A DNA stretch of 64,000 bases from an uncultured bacterium (GCA_963780225.1 CAWAAX010000006.1:148603-212602), one strand, 5' to 3'. Shown: positions 40,998 to 50,921, numbered from the stretch's first letter. Notes: generated by a model not told the origin, from the letters alone. Numbers and translations: made by a program.

Positions 40998-41105
40998 TGG
41001 ATGTCTGGGTTCCTGGCGATAATGAAAAGGTATGGTTAAAACCGGTCGCCAGCGTTGGGGCAGAATGGGGCCGGTTGGAACTTTTATTTAAGGGGGCAGT
41101 GAATA

Positions 41106-41357
41106 ATGAATGACCAAAACCAGACCTATCTCTGCATCCGGGCGGTGGGGGCTGAGTATCTGCTGCAGCCCGCCGGCGAAGATATTTTAGGCTCCGTCAA
41201 GGATGGAGCCAGTAAAGTTTGGTACTTCATTACCACCCGGTCCCTGGACGAATTTGCTTTTTGGGGCAGTTTCCGGTCTTACCGGGACATGCAGGCGGCC
41301 TTTAGCGCCATGGCGCTGGTGGACCCTTTGATAGAAGGGCCGGTAGCAAAACATTAA
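41106..41357 (+). CDS. Hypothetical protein
   Basis: 83-aa ORF with AGGGGG RBS; no recognisable motif. Confidence 0.5.
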   Translation: MNDQNQTYLCIRAVGAEYLLQPAGEDILGSVKDGASKVWYFITTRSLDEFAFWGSFRSYRDMQAAFSAMALVDPLIEGPVAKH

Positions 41358-41542
41358 CGGAGCGTAAATTAGATTACATCATCAATCATGATGACGATGA
41401 TCATCGGCTGGCAATAGCTATACTGATTGAGTTTCATATATGGCTGGTTCTGATGGATATCTGACGATAACAAGCCCTGGCTTTCGGATTTGACAAATCT
41501 TCCGGAAGTTGCAGGGATTTTTTTGTTGGTTTTAATCCCCAT

Positions 41543-41589
41543 TTCATAACTGTAGGGGAAGGTTTAAAACCTTCCCCTACAGTTATGAA
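41543..41589. repeat. Perfect 23-bp-arm palindrome of GTAG-REP type
   Basis: TTCATAACTGTAGGGGAAGGTTT-A-AAACCTTCCCCTACAGTTATGAA. Confidence 0.85.
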
Positions 41590-43147
41590 CCCGCCCAACG
41601 CAACCGAAAGGACTTTTACAGTGCCGGCCGAACAATCATTGAACATGGAACTGCTGGGGCAAAGCTTTTTAAATGACATGCCCCAGGGCCTGATGGTCTG
41701 CCATCCGGATGATTCCCGGGTGATCTATGTCAACCCGGCCTGGGAAGCGGTTACCGGTTACCAGCCGGCTGATATGCTGGGGGCCAAGCCGCCCTATCCC
41801 CACTGGGTCCCGGCGGAAAAAGAACGGATGGTCCAGCAGATGCTGCAGGCCCGGCAAAACGGCGGCCTGGTCTGCGAATGCCGTCTGCAGCGCAAGGACG
41901 GCCGGATAATCCCGGTGCAAACCTCCCATGGCCAGGTCCGGGACGGGGACGGCAAGCTGATAGCCCTGTATCAGTCGGCCAGCGATAACTCCGACAATAA
42001 AATGCTGGAGGCCAAATTGCTTCAGGCCCAAAAGATGGAGGCGGTGGGGCATCTGGCCGGGGGCCTGGCCCACGACATGAACAACATTTTGCAGGTGATA
42101 CTGACCTCGGGCGACATGATGCTGACCGAGGCCGGAGCCGGGCATCCCTGGCACCAGCGGATCATGGACATCATCCGGGTGGGTGAAAAGGCGGCGGTGC
42201 TGACCCGGCAGCTGCTGACCTTTGCCCGGAAAAGCAAGGTGGAGGTTAAATTGCTGGACCTGAATCCGCTGGTGACCGAGTTCCAGCGGATGATCTCCCG
42301 GCTGTTGGGCGAGCGGATAAAAGTGGAGATCACCCTGGGCCGCAACCTGCCCTTAGTGATGGCCGATCAGAGCCAGCTGGAGCAGGTGCTGATGAACCTG
42401 GCGGTAAACGCCCGGGACGCCATGGAGCAGGGCGGCTTGTTCACCATCGCCACCCAGGAGGAATTTCTGGACGAGAACTACGCCCGGACCCATCCCGAGG
42501 TGGAGCCGGGGCGCTATGCCCTGATCTCCGTTTCCGATACCGGGGCGGGGATGGACGCCGAGTCCCAAAAGCATTTGTTTGAGCCGTTCTTTACCACCAA
42601 GACCAAAGAACAGGGAACCGGCCTGGGATTGTCGGTGGTTTACGGCATCGTCAAACAGCATAAGGGGCATGTTTACGTCTACAGCGAAAAGGAGCGGGGC
42701 TCCACCTTCAAGATATATATTCCGGCGGCGGCCGACCAAAGCAAGGGCAAACACGTCCAGCAACAAACCCAGATCCGTTTCGGCCACGGAATGATCCTGT
42801 TGGTGGAGGACGAGGATGCGGTGCGGGCGATGGAGGTCCAGCTGCTGACCAGCCTGGGGTATCAGGTAACGGCGGCCCGCAACGGGGAGCAGGCCCTGGA
42901 GATGTTTAAAGAACGCCAGGGGAACATCGATCTGTTGATGAGCGACATGATCATGCCCGGGCTTTCGGGCTGGGAGCTTTATATGACCCTTAAAAAACAA
43001 AAGCCGGAACTGAAGGCCCTGTTCGCCTCGGGCTATTCCGACGAGAACATCCGGCCGCTGATCAAAAGCCACGGGGTGGAGTTTTTGCAAAAACCGTTCA
43101 GTTTGTATAAGCTGAGCGTGAAACTGCAGGAGGTGCTTAAGCGCTGA
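41585..43147 (+). CDS. Cytoplasmic PAS-HisKA-HATPase-REC hybrid kinase (CckA-like architecture)
   Basis: PAS, LAGGLAHDMNN, NLAVNARDAM, FEPFFTTK, GTGLGL, C-terminal receiver. Confidence 0.93.
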   Translation: MNPPNATERTFTVPAEQSLNMELLGQSFLNDMPQGLMVCHPDDSRVIYVNPAWEAVTGYQPADMLGAKPPYPHWVPAEKERMVQQMLQARQNGGLVCECRLQRKDGRIIPVQTSHGQVRDGDGKLIALYQSASDNSDNKMLEAKLLQAQKMEAVGHLAGGLAHDMNNILQVILTSGDMMLTEAGAGHPWHQRIMDIIRVGEKAAVLTRQLLTFARKSKVEVKLLDLNPLVTEFQRMISRLLGERIKVEITLGRNLPLVMADQSQLEQVLMNLAVNARDAMEQGGLFTIATQEEFLDENYARTHPEVEPGRYALISVSDTGAGMDAESQKHLFEPFFTTKTKEQGTGLGLSVVYGIVKQHKGHVYVYSEKERGSTFKIYIPAAADQSKGKHVQQQTQIRFGHGMILLVEDEDAVRAMEVQLLTSLGYQVTAARNGEQALEMFKERQGNIDLLMSDMIMPGLSGWELYMTLKKQKPELKALFASGYSDENIRPLIKSHGVEFLQKPFSLYKLSVKLQEVLKR

Positions 43148-43155
43148 CCGCCAGG

Positions 43156-43295
43156 CACTATCCACTATTCACTATCCAGTAGCCAGTAACCAGTAGCCAG
43201 TAGCCACTAACCACTAACCACTAATCAGTAACCAGTATCCAGTATCCACTATCCACTATCCAGTATCCAGTATACACTAACCAGTAGCCAGTAAC
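43156..43295. repeat. Degenerate heptamer tandem array, 20 x CA(C/G)TANN
   Basis: cactatc cactatt cactatc cagtagc cagtaac ... exact 7-bp phase over 140 bp. Confidence 0.95.
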
Positions 43296-43299
43296 ACGA

Positions 43300-43345
43300 A
43301 GCTTATAGCTGACAGCTGATAGCTTATAGCTTACAGCTTACAGCT
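43300..43345. repeat. Heptamer array AGCT(T/G)A(T/C) x6.5
   Basis: Similar short arrays near 31875-31921 and 50397-50430. Confidence 0.85.
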
Positions 43346-43378
43346 ACCCCAAACAGTAAACAGTACAGAGGTTCCGCT

Positions 43379-43720
43379 ATGCTAACCGACATCACCACCA
43401 AGGAACTGATCCTTACCGCCCAGGGGCTGGAGGCCGCCGATCTTTTAGCCCAGACCGATTACACCCTGCTGGTGGCCACCATGGACGGGCTGGAGCCTTC
43501 CGGCCTGCTGCCGCCGGGGTTTTTGTTAAAAGTAAAGGAGTCCCAGAAGCAGGTGGACCGGGCCCTGGCCGAAAGGTTCCGGGGCGGGGAGGAGCGGGAT
43601 CTGCTGCTTAAGATGGGCCTGCTGTACCGGGAGCTTATGACCATCACCCGGGCCGGGCAGGACCTGTACGCCGGGGACAGGCAGAGCGCGGCGGCGTATA
43701 ACCTGGAGTTGCTACAGTAG
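43379..43720 (+). CDS. Hypothetical helical protein
   Basis: 113-aa ORF with GAGG RBS and host-like codon usage. Confidence 0.55.
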   Translation: MLTDITTKELILTAQGLEAADLLAQTDYTLLVATMDGLEPSGLLPPGFLLKVKESQKQVDRALAERFRGGEERDLLLKMGLLYRELMTITRAGQDLYAGDRQSAAAYNLELLQ

Positions 43721-44109
43721 GCGCTAACCTGAGGGTCTGAAGGTCTGAGGGTCTGAAGGTCTGAGCGGGGGAATACAGAATACGGAATATTGAATACTGA
43801 AGCGTGAATTGTGAATGGTAACTGTAGGGGCGATGGACGTGTCCGAACCCGTCCGCCAGCCTGTCCGCCGTAGTAGCAATGCAGGCGGAAGTACGACTGT
43901 GGTGGACGTAGGTGGGAGTCTATGTAGCGAGCGTAGCCGGATGAATCGTCCGGTGATTGTGAAACGGGCAGGAACCCGTAAAGGCTAAACCCTCTCCTGA
44001 TAAAACGGGAGAGGGGCTGCCCCAAGCGTCCGATCTTGTCACTCCATGGTGTTATTGTTATCGGGCAATAAACCAAAAACGATAATTGACACCAGCAAGG
44101 AGACGGCAA

Positions 44110-44631
44110 ATGGACCGCAGCATCGTACCGATGGAGAACATAACAGGCCGGATAGTGGTGATGCGCCAGCAAAGGGTTCTGCTGGATGCGGACCTGGCGG
44201 CGCTTTACGGGGTAAGCGTTAAACGGCTGAATGAACAGGTAAAGCGCAACCGGGCCAGGTTTCCCGAAGATTTTATGTTCCGGCTGGACCGGACCGAACA
44301 GGCAAACTTGAGGTCGCAAAATGCGACCTCAAGTTGGGGCGGCAAAAGGCATCTGCCGTATGCCTTTACCGAGCACGGCGCCCTGATGGCGGCCAACGTC
44401 CTTAACTCGCCCCAGGCCGCCGCCATGAGCGTGTTGGTGATAAGGGCCTTTGTGCAGCTGCGCCGGATGATCATAGACCAGCAAACGCTTTATAAAAAGG
44501 TGGCCAGCCTGGAGCGGAAGTACGATCAGCAGTTCGGCGAAGTGTTTGCAGCCATTAAACGGCTGATGGCCTCGCCCGAGCCGGCCAAGAGTAAGATCGG
44601 ATTTTACCGGGCAAACGGCAGGGATAAATAA
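44110..44631 (+). CDS. ORF6N (KilA-N-like) DNA-binding domain protein
   Basis: VLLDADLAALYGV..KRLNEQVKRN..RFPEDFMF, PYAFTEHG..M.ANVLNS; AGGAG RBS. Confidence 0.9.
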   Translation: MDRSIVPMENITGRIVVMRQQRVLLDADLAALYGVSVKRLNEQVKRNRARFPEDFMFRLDRTEQANLRSQNATSSWGGKRHLPYAFTEHGALMAANVLNSPQAAAMSVLVIRAFVQLRRMIIDQQTLYKKVASLERKYDQQFGEVFAAIKRLMASPEPAKSKIGFYRANGRDK

Positions 44632-44720
44632 AGCTGGTCATCTCACGGGAACGGTCATTGTTTTACGATGGAATTCAATGGCTGGAATTGTCATAAGTCA
44701 ACTTCCGAACATATTTATGC

Positions 44721-44771
44721 TTGACTTCAAAACACTAAAAAGCGTATAGTTATTATAAATTATACGCTTTT
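44721..44771 (+). promoter_or_regulatory. Promoter with an overlapping inverted repeat upstream of the RM gene
   Basis: TTGACT-18 bp-TATAGT; AAAAGCGTATA-N12-TATACGCTTTT (44738-44771). Confidence 0.55.
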
Positions 44772-44785
44772 CAAACTAATAAAAT

Positions 44786-47700
44786 ATGCCACAAACCAAC
44801 GAACGTGAAGTAGCTATATGGCTGTGCGAACAGCTGAACCGCATGGCAGAGTCCGGCGCCCACCCGTTTAAGGAGGCCTCGGCGGAAACCGGCGTCAAAA
44901 ACCAGGGCCGAACCCTCTTTCCCGATATTGTACTATGGAAAAATCGGGCGGCGGGCGAGGCCTTTGCATTTTTGGAAATAAAACAGCCGGGCAAAATTGA
45001 AGACCTGGAAACTTTCCTGGAAAAGGCGTTGAATCTTAATGTTAAATACGGCCTGACCTGGAACTTTGACGAGGCGGTTTTATACACCTTTGAAGATCAA
45101 AGGCTGAACAAAGTAAAAAGTTATAGCACCTATGCGCTCACCGATATATCCAACTGGGTCGGTGCAGATGTCAAACTTAAGCTTAAAAGCCATTTGCAGC
45201 AGTTTATAGCCGATATCAATGAATTGGAACAAAGGGGGCATTTACATGATTTCATGCCCGACAAGCATTTCTTTGTTAAACTGCTGCATGATAGCGTTCA
45301 TAAGCTTCACACCCATTTTGCAGATCATCTGAAAATAAAGATACGCGACCGGGAGTTAAAGCATTCCATAGAACAATGGGCCACCACTCAGGGTATTGCC
45401 AATGTAGGCGATGAGAATTTCTATGCCACATTATCCCGGCAATGGGCCTACCGTTTTATCAGCAAACTTTTGTTTTATCTGACCATCCGGCGTCATTTCA
45501 AAGGCCTGCCCGACCTGGAGGTGGAGGCCGGAACAGACGTCGAGCAATTGTTGCGGTCGGCGTTTGCGGCGGCCCGCCGCATTGACTGGCATTCGGTGTT
45601 TGAGGAAGACATTTTGGAAAAAACCGGCGTGCCTCAAAGTTCAAAGGATGTTTTGGCCGAACTGCTGCGGGACATGAAGCAATATAATTTTGGCCAGTTG
45701 CAGGAGGACGTGGTCGGCCAAATATTTGAAGAACTGATACCGCCGCAGGAAAGGCATCTTTTAGGCCAGTATTTTACCCGCGAGGATCTGGTGGATTTTA
45801 TCATCGGCTTTGTGGTTAACAACTCTGAGGGTTATTATTGCGATCCTACCTGCGGCAGTGGTACATTTTTAAACCGTCTTTATTCCCGGTTGCGCTGGCT
45901 TTCGGGCAATAAAAAACAGCATCATGAATTGTTAAGCCAAATCTGGGGCATAGACATTGCCCATTTTCCGGCGGAACTGGCTACAATCAACCTGTTCAAG
46001 AACAAAATAGGGGATTACACCAATTTCCCCCACGTTGATACCAAAGACTTTTTCAGCATTTATCCCGGCTTTGAATTTGAATTCCCGCCGCCCCGGGTGG
46101 AAAACGACCAATTTACGCCCATCAAAATAAAGATACCGCAATTCAGCGGCATGGTCGGTAATTTCCCCTTTATCCGGCAGGAGATCATAGAAAAGAAGAA
46201 CGCCGGTTACAAAGACTTTTTGGTCAAAACGATGGCAGCCGATTGGCTGGCCGATTATCCTTCCTGGTTTGAAGCTAAAAAACTGCGGCCAGCTGACCTG
46301 GTGCATTTCAACAAAAGCGATTATCTGGGCAAACAAAGCGATGCCGAACGCTGGGCCAAGGACGGAAGTTTGGGCTTGCGGCTTTCCGGCCAGGCCGATA
46401 TTTACACCTACCTTTATCCCCATGCCGCCAGGTTTGCCGAAAAGGGCGGAAGGATGGGCTTTATCACTTCTAATTCCTGGCTGGATGTTTCCTACGGTTC
46501 CGTGCTAAAGGAATTCCTTTTGGATCACTTTAAGGTGGTGGCGGTTGTGGTTTCCTGGGCCGAGCCTTGGTTCGAGGACGCGGCGGTCAATACCGTATTC
46601 ACCATATTGGAAAGATGCCAGGAGCCGGAAAAACGGGACAACAACGTTGTAAAATTCGTAAAGTTGAATAAAAAGCTGGCGGAGCTGATCCCGTTCCCCG
46701 ATTTGGTTTTGCAGGAAAGCGATAGATGGAATAAAATTGACGCTTTGGTCCGCCGGATTGAAACCTCCGAAAGCAAATATATAAAGATAGAAAACGGCCA
46801 GGTTAAATGCTTGCTTAAAGGCGTGGAAACGGTGGAGAATGAAGATTTCTCCATTCGTCTGGTTAAACAGCAGTTCTTAAAGGATGAGCTGAAGGCCAAA
46901 GGACAGTTGGACAAGTGGGGCAAATACCTGCGGGCGCCCAAGGTTTATTTTGATATTTTGGAAAAGGCCAAGGACAAGCTTGTTCCATTGAAAGATGTGG
47001 CCGATGTCCGTTTTGGAATTAAGACGGGTGTAAATGAGTTCTTCTATCTTGAACCCACCGAAAAATACAAGGCCAAGGATAAAACTATTAAGGTTACAAA
47101 CGTTAAAGGTTGGCAAGGCGCAATAGAAGCCGAATATTTAAAGCCGGTTGTAAAAAGCCCCAAAGAGATAGAAGGCATTGTAATTGACAAAAGTAAGCTA
47201 AAGAACCTGATATTTATTTGCAACTTAAGCAAGGCAGAGCTTAAAAAGCAAGGGCATAAAGGGGCTTTGGAGTATATTGAATGGGGTGAAAAGCAAAAGA
47301 CGGAAAACGGAGATAGCTGGTCTAATGTACCAAGCGTTAAAGGCCGGAAACATTGGTGGGGCATAGGGGAACGAGACAAGGCAGATTTCTTCACTTGCGG
47401 CTTTATTGATAAAAGATTCTTTGTTCCAATAAACAAGCCCAAGGTTTATTCAAGTGATGTATTTTTTGAATGGGTTGTTAAAAAGGAAAATGAAGTTACA
47501 AAAGCATTTCTTAATTCCACGTTTGCGTATTTAATGCTTGAAATTGCAGGCCGCTCTAATTTGGGCGAAGGGGTATTGAAAATAATTGGTCCAGAATTGG
47601 AAAGCATATTTACAATTAACCCGGAAACGATAACCAAAGCCACAAAAGCTAAAATCATTGAGGCGTTTGATAAGTTAGCGTTACGTGATAGCGGTAATAT

Positions 47701-48319
47701 TTATGACGAAGTCAAACAAAAAGACAGACAAAAGTTAGATGCCTTGGTGTTAGAAGCTTTGGGGCTTAATGCCAAAGAATATTTGCCAAAGATATACGAG
47801 GGCATTACCCAATTAGTGTCCGAGCGGTTGGAATTGCCCAAAATGCGGCGCAAAGCTAACAAAGCCGGGCCAAAGGCTTCAGCCGAGGATATCAAGAAAG
47901 TGGCTGAAGAGGAAATCATTGGCGAGGGATTAAAGCAGTTCCCGCACGATTTTGTGGATGCCAAAGAGTTAAACAAGACAAAAGATGTTTCGGTTCCTGG
48001 TACGGCCTTAAAAGTGGGACATCAATTCTTCGGTACTTATGAAATAATTGACCACGACGGTAAAAAGATCGGAGTAGCGGATAGCTTGGAGGAAGCCCGT
48101 TTTGTGGTCTATTCCGTTAAACCTAACGTTTATGTTCTTAAGGTTCCTAAATCTGCCATTGCTGTCAACAAGGCCGTCAAGGAATACCGGCGGTATTTGA
48201 AGGATATTAAGGAAAAGTTGATCACCAGGCTGTTCCAGGGGACGCATGACCACAGGCAAGCCCAGAACCTGGCGGAAGAGATATTTAAGGAAAATGGAAT
48301 TAATATAGATTGGATATAA
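44786..48319 (+). CDS. Fused restriction-modification enzyme (type IIG-like): nuclease + N6-adenine MTase + TRD
   Basis: N-terminal FPD...EIK; LGQYFT, DPTCGSGTFL (motif I), GNFPF (motif IV variant), GFITSNSWLD, GIKTG.N.FF. Confidence 0.88.
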   Translation: MPQTNEREVAIWLCEQLNRMAESGAHPFKEASAETGVKNQGRTLFPDIVLWKNRAAGEAFAFLEIKQPGKIEDLETFLEKALNLNVKYGLTWNFDEAVLYTFEDQRLNKVKSYSTYALTDISNWVGADVKLKLKSHLQQFIADINELEQRGHLHDFMPDKHFFVKLLHDSVHKLHTHFADHLKIKIRDRELKHSIEQWATTQGIANVGDENFYATLSRQWAYRFISKLLFYLTIRRHFKGLPDLEVEAGTDVEQLLRSAFAAARRIDWHSVFEEDILEKTGVPQSSKDVLAELLRDMKQYNFGQLQEDVVGQIFEELIPPQERHLLGQYFTREDLVDFIIGFVVNNSEGYYCDPTCGSGTFLNRLYSRLRWLSGNKKQHHELLSQIWGIDIAHFPAELATINLFKNKIGDYTNFPHVDTKDFFSIYPGFEFEFPPPRVENDQFTPIKIKIPQFSGMVGNFPFIRQEIIEKKNAGYKDFLVKTMAADWLADYPSWFEAKKLRPADLVHFNKSDYLGKQSDAERWAKDGSLGLRLSGQADIYTYLYPHAARFAEKGGRMGFITSNSWLDVSYGSVLKEFLLDHFKVVAVVVSWAEPWFEDAAVNTVFTILERCQEPEKRDNNVVKFVKLNKKLAELIPFPDLVLQESDRWNKIDALVRRIETSESKYIKIENGQVKCLLKGVETVENEDFSIRLVKQQFLKDELKAKGQLDKWGKYLRAPKVYFDILEKAKDKLVPLKDVADVRFGIKTGVNEFFYLEPTEKYKAKDKTIKVTNVKGWQGAIEAEYLKPVVKSPKEIEGIVIDKSKLKNLIFICNLSKAELKKQGHKGALEYIEWGEKQKTENGDSWSNVPSVKGRKHWWGIGERDKADFFTCGFIDKRFFVPINKPKVYSSDVFFEWVVKKENEVTKAFLNSTFAYLMLEIAGRSNLGEGVLKIIGPELESIFTINPETITKATKAKIIEAFDKLALRDSGNIYDEVKQKDRQKLDALVLEALGLNAKEYLPKIYEGITQLVSERLELPKMRRKANKAGPKASAEDIKKVAEEEIIGEGLKQFPHDFVDAKELNKTKDVSVPGTALKVGHQFFGTYEIIDHDGKKIGVADSLEEARFVVYSVKPNVYVLKVPKSAIAVNKAVKEYRRYLKDIKEKLITRLFQGTHDHRQAQNLAEEIFKENGINIDWI

Positions 48320-48320
48320 A

Positions 48321-49694
48321 ATGAACTATTATTTGGTCCGCATAGGCGAGGGTTCAAAATACATAGACGAAGCCCAAAAGCATGGTTTTATTGCCATCGG
48401 TTGGGATGAATTGCCAGAGCTTAATCAATATAATAACTTTGATCAGATTAAAGAAGCCCTTGCCGATACAAGTTATAATTACAATCCCACACAAATATCA
48501 GCCCAGGGCGGGCAAATATACCGCTTTGGGGTGGAGATGAAACCAGGTGATACCGTACTTTCACCTTTAGGCAGTGGTGAATATTTAACGGGCATAGTTG
48601 GTGACTATTATTTTGAAGATAAACCTAAGGATAGATGCACATACAAACATCGCAGAAAGATCACCTGGAACGAAAAGATACTGAAAAAAGAAGATATGTC
48701 AACCAGTTTGGCCTACGCCCTTGGCGCAACCCTGACAATATATTCTTTAAATAAATATGCCAATGAATTAACTGCGCTTATATCAGGTGAACCACTTACG
48801 CCTGCTGATAAACCACAAAAGATAACTGACATAATCCTGATTGCTTTGATGGATATGGATGGGAGAGAATTTGAAGTATTTATAAAGCATTTGTTAGATG
48901 TCTTGGGCTTTCAAGCAGACACAACACGTTATGTTAAAGATAAGGGCATTGATGTAGTTGGTGTTTTAAATGCCGAAGGCTTGGCAGAAGTCAAATTGCA
49001 AATACAAACGAAAAGACAGACCCCAACAATAAACTCCAGGATTGTCAGAGAATTAAAGGGCTCTTTGAATTTGGATGAACATGGTTGCATAATTACAACC
49101 GCCACCTTTAGCAAGGATGCTATTGAAGAAGCCAGCCGGACGGGGCAAAAGGCTATAAAGCTTATTGACGGCTATGACCTGGCGGGTTTGATTTTAAAGC
49201 ATTATGATTATTTGGATGAAGATTATAAAAAGCTATTAGGCATTAAAAGAAAAAAAGACTTTAACATTGAGGATCAGTTTGAACCTACAGAATTGCATGC
49301 GGATAATGATAAAATAGAAACGGAAGAGGTAGAAAGCGAACCTGATTGGGATACATTGGTATGTGCAGCTAAAGAAGAAGGTTTCCAACGTGCATTTATG
49401 GAACAAAAAGCATGGTGGGCTGTCAGAATAAATGTTAAAAATATCAAGAAGATCAAATATTTGGCAGTATATCAGGTTACACCAATTTCGAAAATAACTT
49501 ATTATGCAGAAGTCGATAGAATAGAACTCTACAAAGATACAAATAAATACATATTGTATTTCAAGTCATCACCAATAAAGCTTGATAAACCAGTCGGTCT
49601 TGGCAAAAACTCACATTTAAAACCGCAGGGCCCTAAATATACGAAACTGGATACAATATTAAAAGCAAAAACCATTGATGACATTTGGGGATAA
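48321..49694 (+). CDS. Mrr-family (type IV) restriction endonuclease with N- and C-terminal accessory domains
   Basis: IAIGW...MKPGD N-domain; FE...DKGIDV...IQTKR...IITT..FS..A...IKLIDG Mrr catalytic domain; extra ~110-aa C-domain. Confidence 0.85.
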   Translation: MNYYLVRIGEGSKYIDEAQKHGFIAIGWDELPELNQYNNFDQIKEALADTSYNYNPTQISAQGGQIYRFGVEMKPGDTVLSPLGSGEYLTGIVGDYYFEDKPKDRCTYKHRRKITWNEKILKKEDMSTSLAYALGATLTIYSLNKYANELTALISGEPLTPADKPQKITDIILIALMDMDGREFEVFIKHLLDVLGFQADTTRYVKDKGIDVVGVLNAEGLAEVKLQIQTKRQTPTINSRIVRELKGSLNLDEHGCIITTATFSKDAIEEASRTGQKAIKLIDGYDLAGLILKHYDYLDEDYKKLLGIKRKKDFNIEDQFEPTELHADNDKIETEEVESEPDWDTLVCAAKEEGFQRAFMEQKAWWAVRINVKNIKKIKYLAVYQVTPISKITYYAEVDRIELYKDTNKYILYFKSSPIKLDKPVGLGKNSHLKPQGPKYTKLDTILKAKTIDDIWG

Positions 49695-49701
49695 AAATTA
49701 T

Positions 49702-50211
49702 ATGATGAATATGAAAGATGAGTTTCTTGACAAAATTGCATTGTCAAATACTCTTGGTGCATGTATGCAACGGGGTAAAGTATATATAAAAAATATTAAA
49801 CAAAAGGAACGTGATGCTTTTACAAATTACTTACTGTACGAATTGAAAAAATTAACTAATAGTTATAAAAGTCCTGTTACACCCGATGAGCATTGCCGTA
49901 ATATAATAGAATTTTCTAATTTAATCAGCCAAACAAAAAGCAATATACTTAACAATGGTCGCTTTAGGATAGGTACAGCGCAAAAAGCAATCAATGTATA
50001 TTTAAAGTTTCTTTGGTGTTTAAACCAAATACCCGAGCCGCCACATTGTCCTATAGACGGTATCGTACTAAATAAATTAAAAAACGGTGCAAAGTGGACA
50101 AAATTAGACAATATTGATGAATATAAGAAAATTATTGCTGAAATAGAACGAGTAAAGGGGGCTCGCTCTATCTCAGAATGGGAATGTGCACTTTGGAATA
50201 CAGAAGCATAG
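49702..50211 (+). CDS. Hypothetical protein, possibly of alpha-helical (HhH-GPD-like) DNA glycosylase fold
   Basis: GTAQKAINVYLKFLW...PPHCPIDGIVL...WTKL; AT-rich; 7 bp after the mrr-like gene. Confidence 0.5.
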   Translation: MMNMKDEFLDKIALSNTLGACMQRGKVYIKNIKQKERDAFTNYLLYELKKLTNSYKSPVTPDEHCRNIIEFSNLISQTKSNILNNGRFRIGTAQKAINVYLKFLWCLNQIPEPPHCPIDGIVLNKLKNGAKWTKLDNIDEYKKIIAEIERVKGARSISEWECALWNTEA

Positions 50212-50453
50212 CATTTCACAGTTACCAGGTAAGTTTTAAGTTGTTAAATGGCTGAGTAAATAGCCAACTCCCGAAACCCCTCTCCCCAAACTAAAGCCTC
50301 TCAGTAAATTCATCGTTTCGGTTTGCCAGGCAAGATGCTTTACTCAACAGGACAAGAAAGAAACCCCTTGCCAAAAGCAGTATCATCCCTTATACTTAGC
50401 TTACTGCTTACAGCTTATAGCTTATAGCTGTTAACATTTGAAGGGAGTCCAGT

Positions 50454-50921
50454 ATGCTGCTCCTTTTCGCCGGGCCTTCGGGCTCGGGCAAGTCCACCGC
50501 CGCGGCCCTGCTTAAGCCAAAACTTAAGGCCGAGGTCTATTCCGGCAAGGGCTATTACCGCATGGCCAGGAGCCCGGCCGAGGCCTGGAAGAAGTTCCAG
50601 GCGGTGCTGCAGGAGGCCATTGACGGCAAGCGGAACGCCATCCTGATCCTGGTGGGCACCGCCAACCTGGATAAGTTCAAAGCCATGGGCAAATTCTGCC
50701 TGATCCGGTTCACCGCGCCCCGGGAAGTGCTGGAATCCCGGTTTGCCGGACGCTCCGGAGCGATCACCCCCCAGATAACAAAGATGATCACTGACCAGAC
50801 GGCCCTGTGGCAGGGCGTGCCCTGCGATTTGGTGATAGATACTTCCGTTAAGACGGCGGAGGAAGCGGCGAAGGAGATAGAGGGGCTGACCTCACCCTCG
50901 GTCCCTCTCCTAAAGCATTAG
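50454..50921 (+). CDS. Small P-loop kinase-like protein
   Basis: [14 protein letters not shown] lid, IDTS. Confidence 0.7.
   Translation: MLLLFAGPSGSGKSTAAALLKPKLKAEVYSGKGYYRMARSPAEAWKKFQAVLQEAIDGKRNAILILVGTANLDKFKAMGKFCLIRFTAPREVLESRFAGRSGAITPQITKMITDQTALWQGVPCDLVIDTSVKTAEEAAKEIEGLTSPSVPLLKH

Noticed and set aside
43156..43345. CRISPR array
   Set aside because: 7-bp tandem units with no 25-45-bp repeat/unique spacer structure and no cas genes
44110..44631. Prophage, suggested by the ORF6N gene
   Set aside because: No integrase, structural or replication genes nearby; ORF6N genes often occur alone
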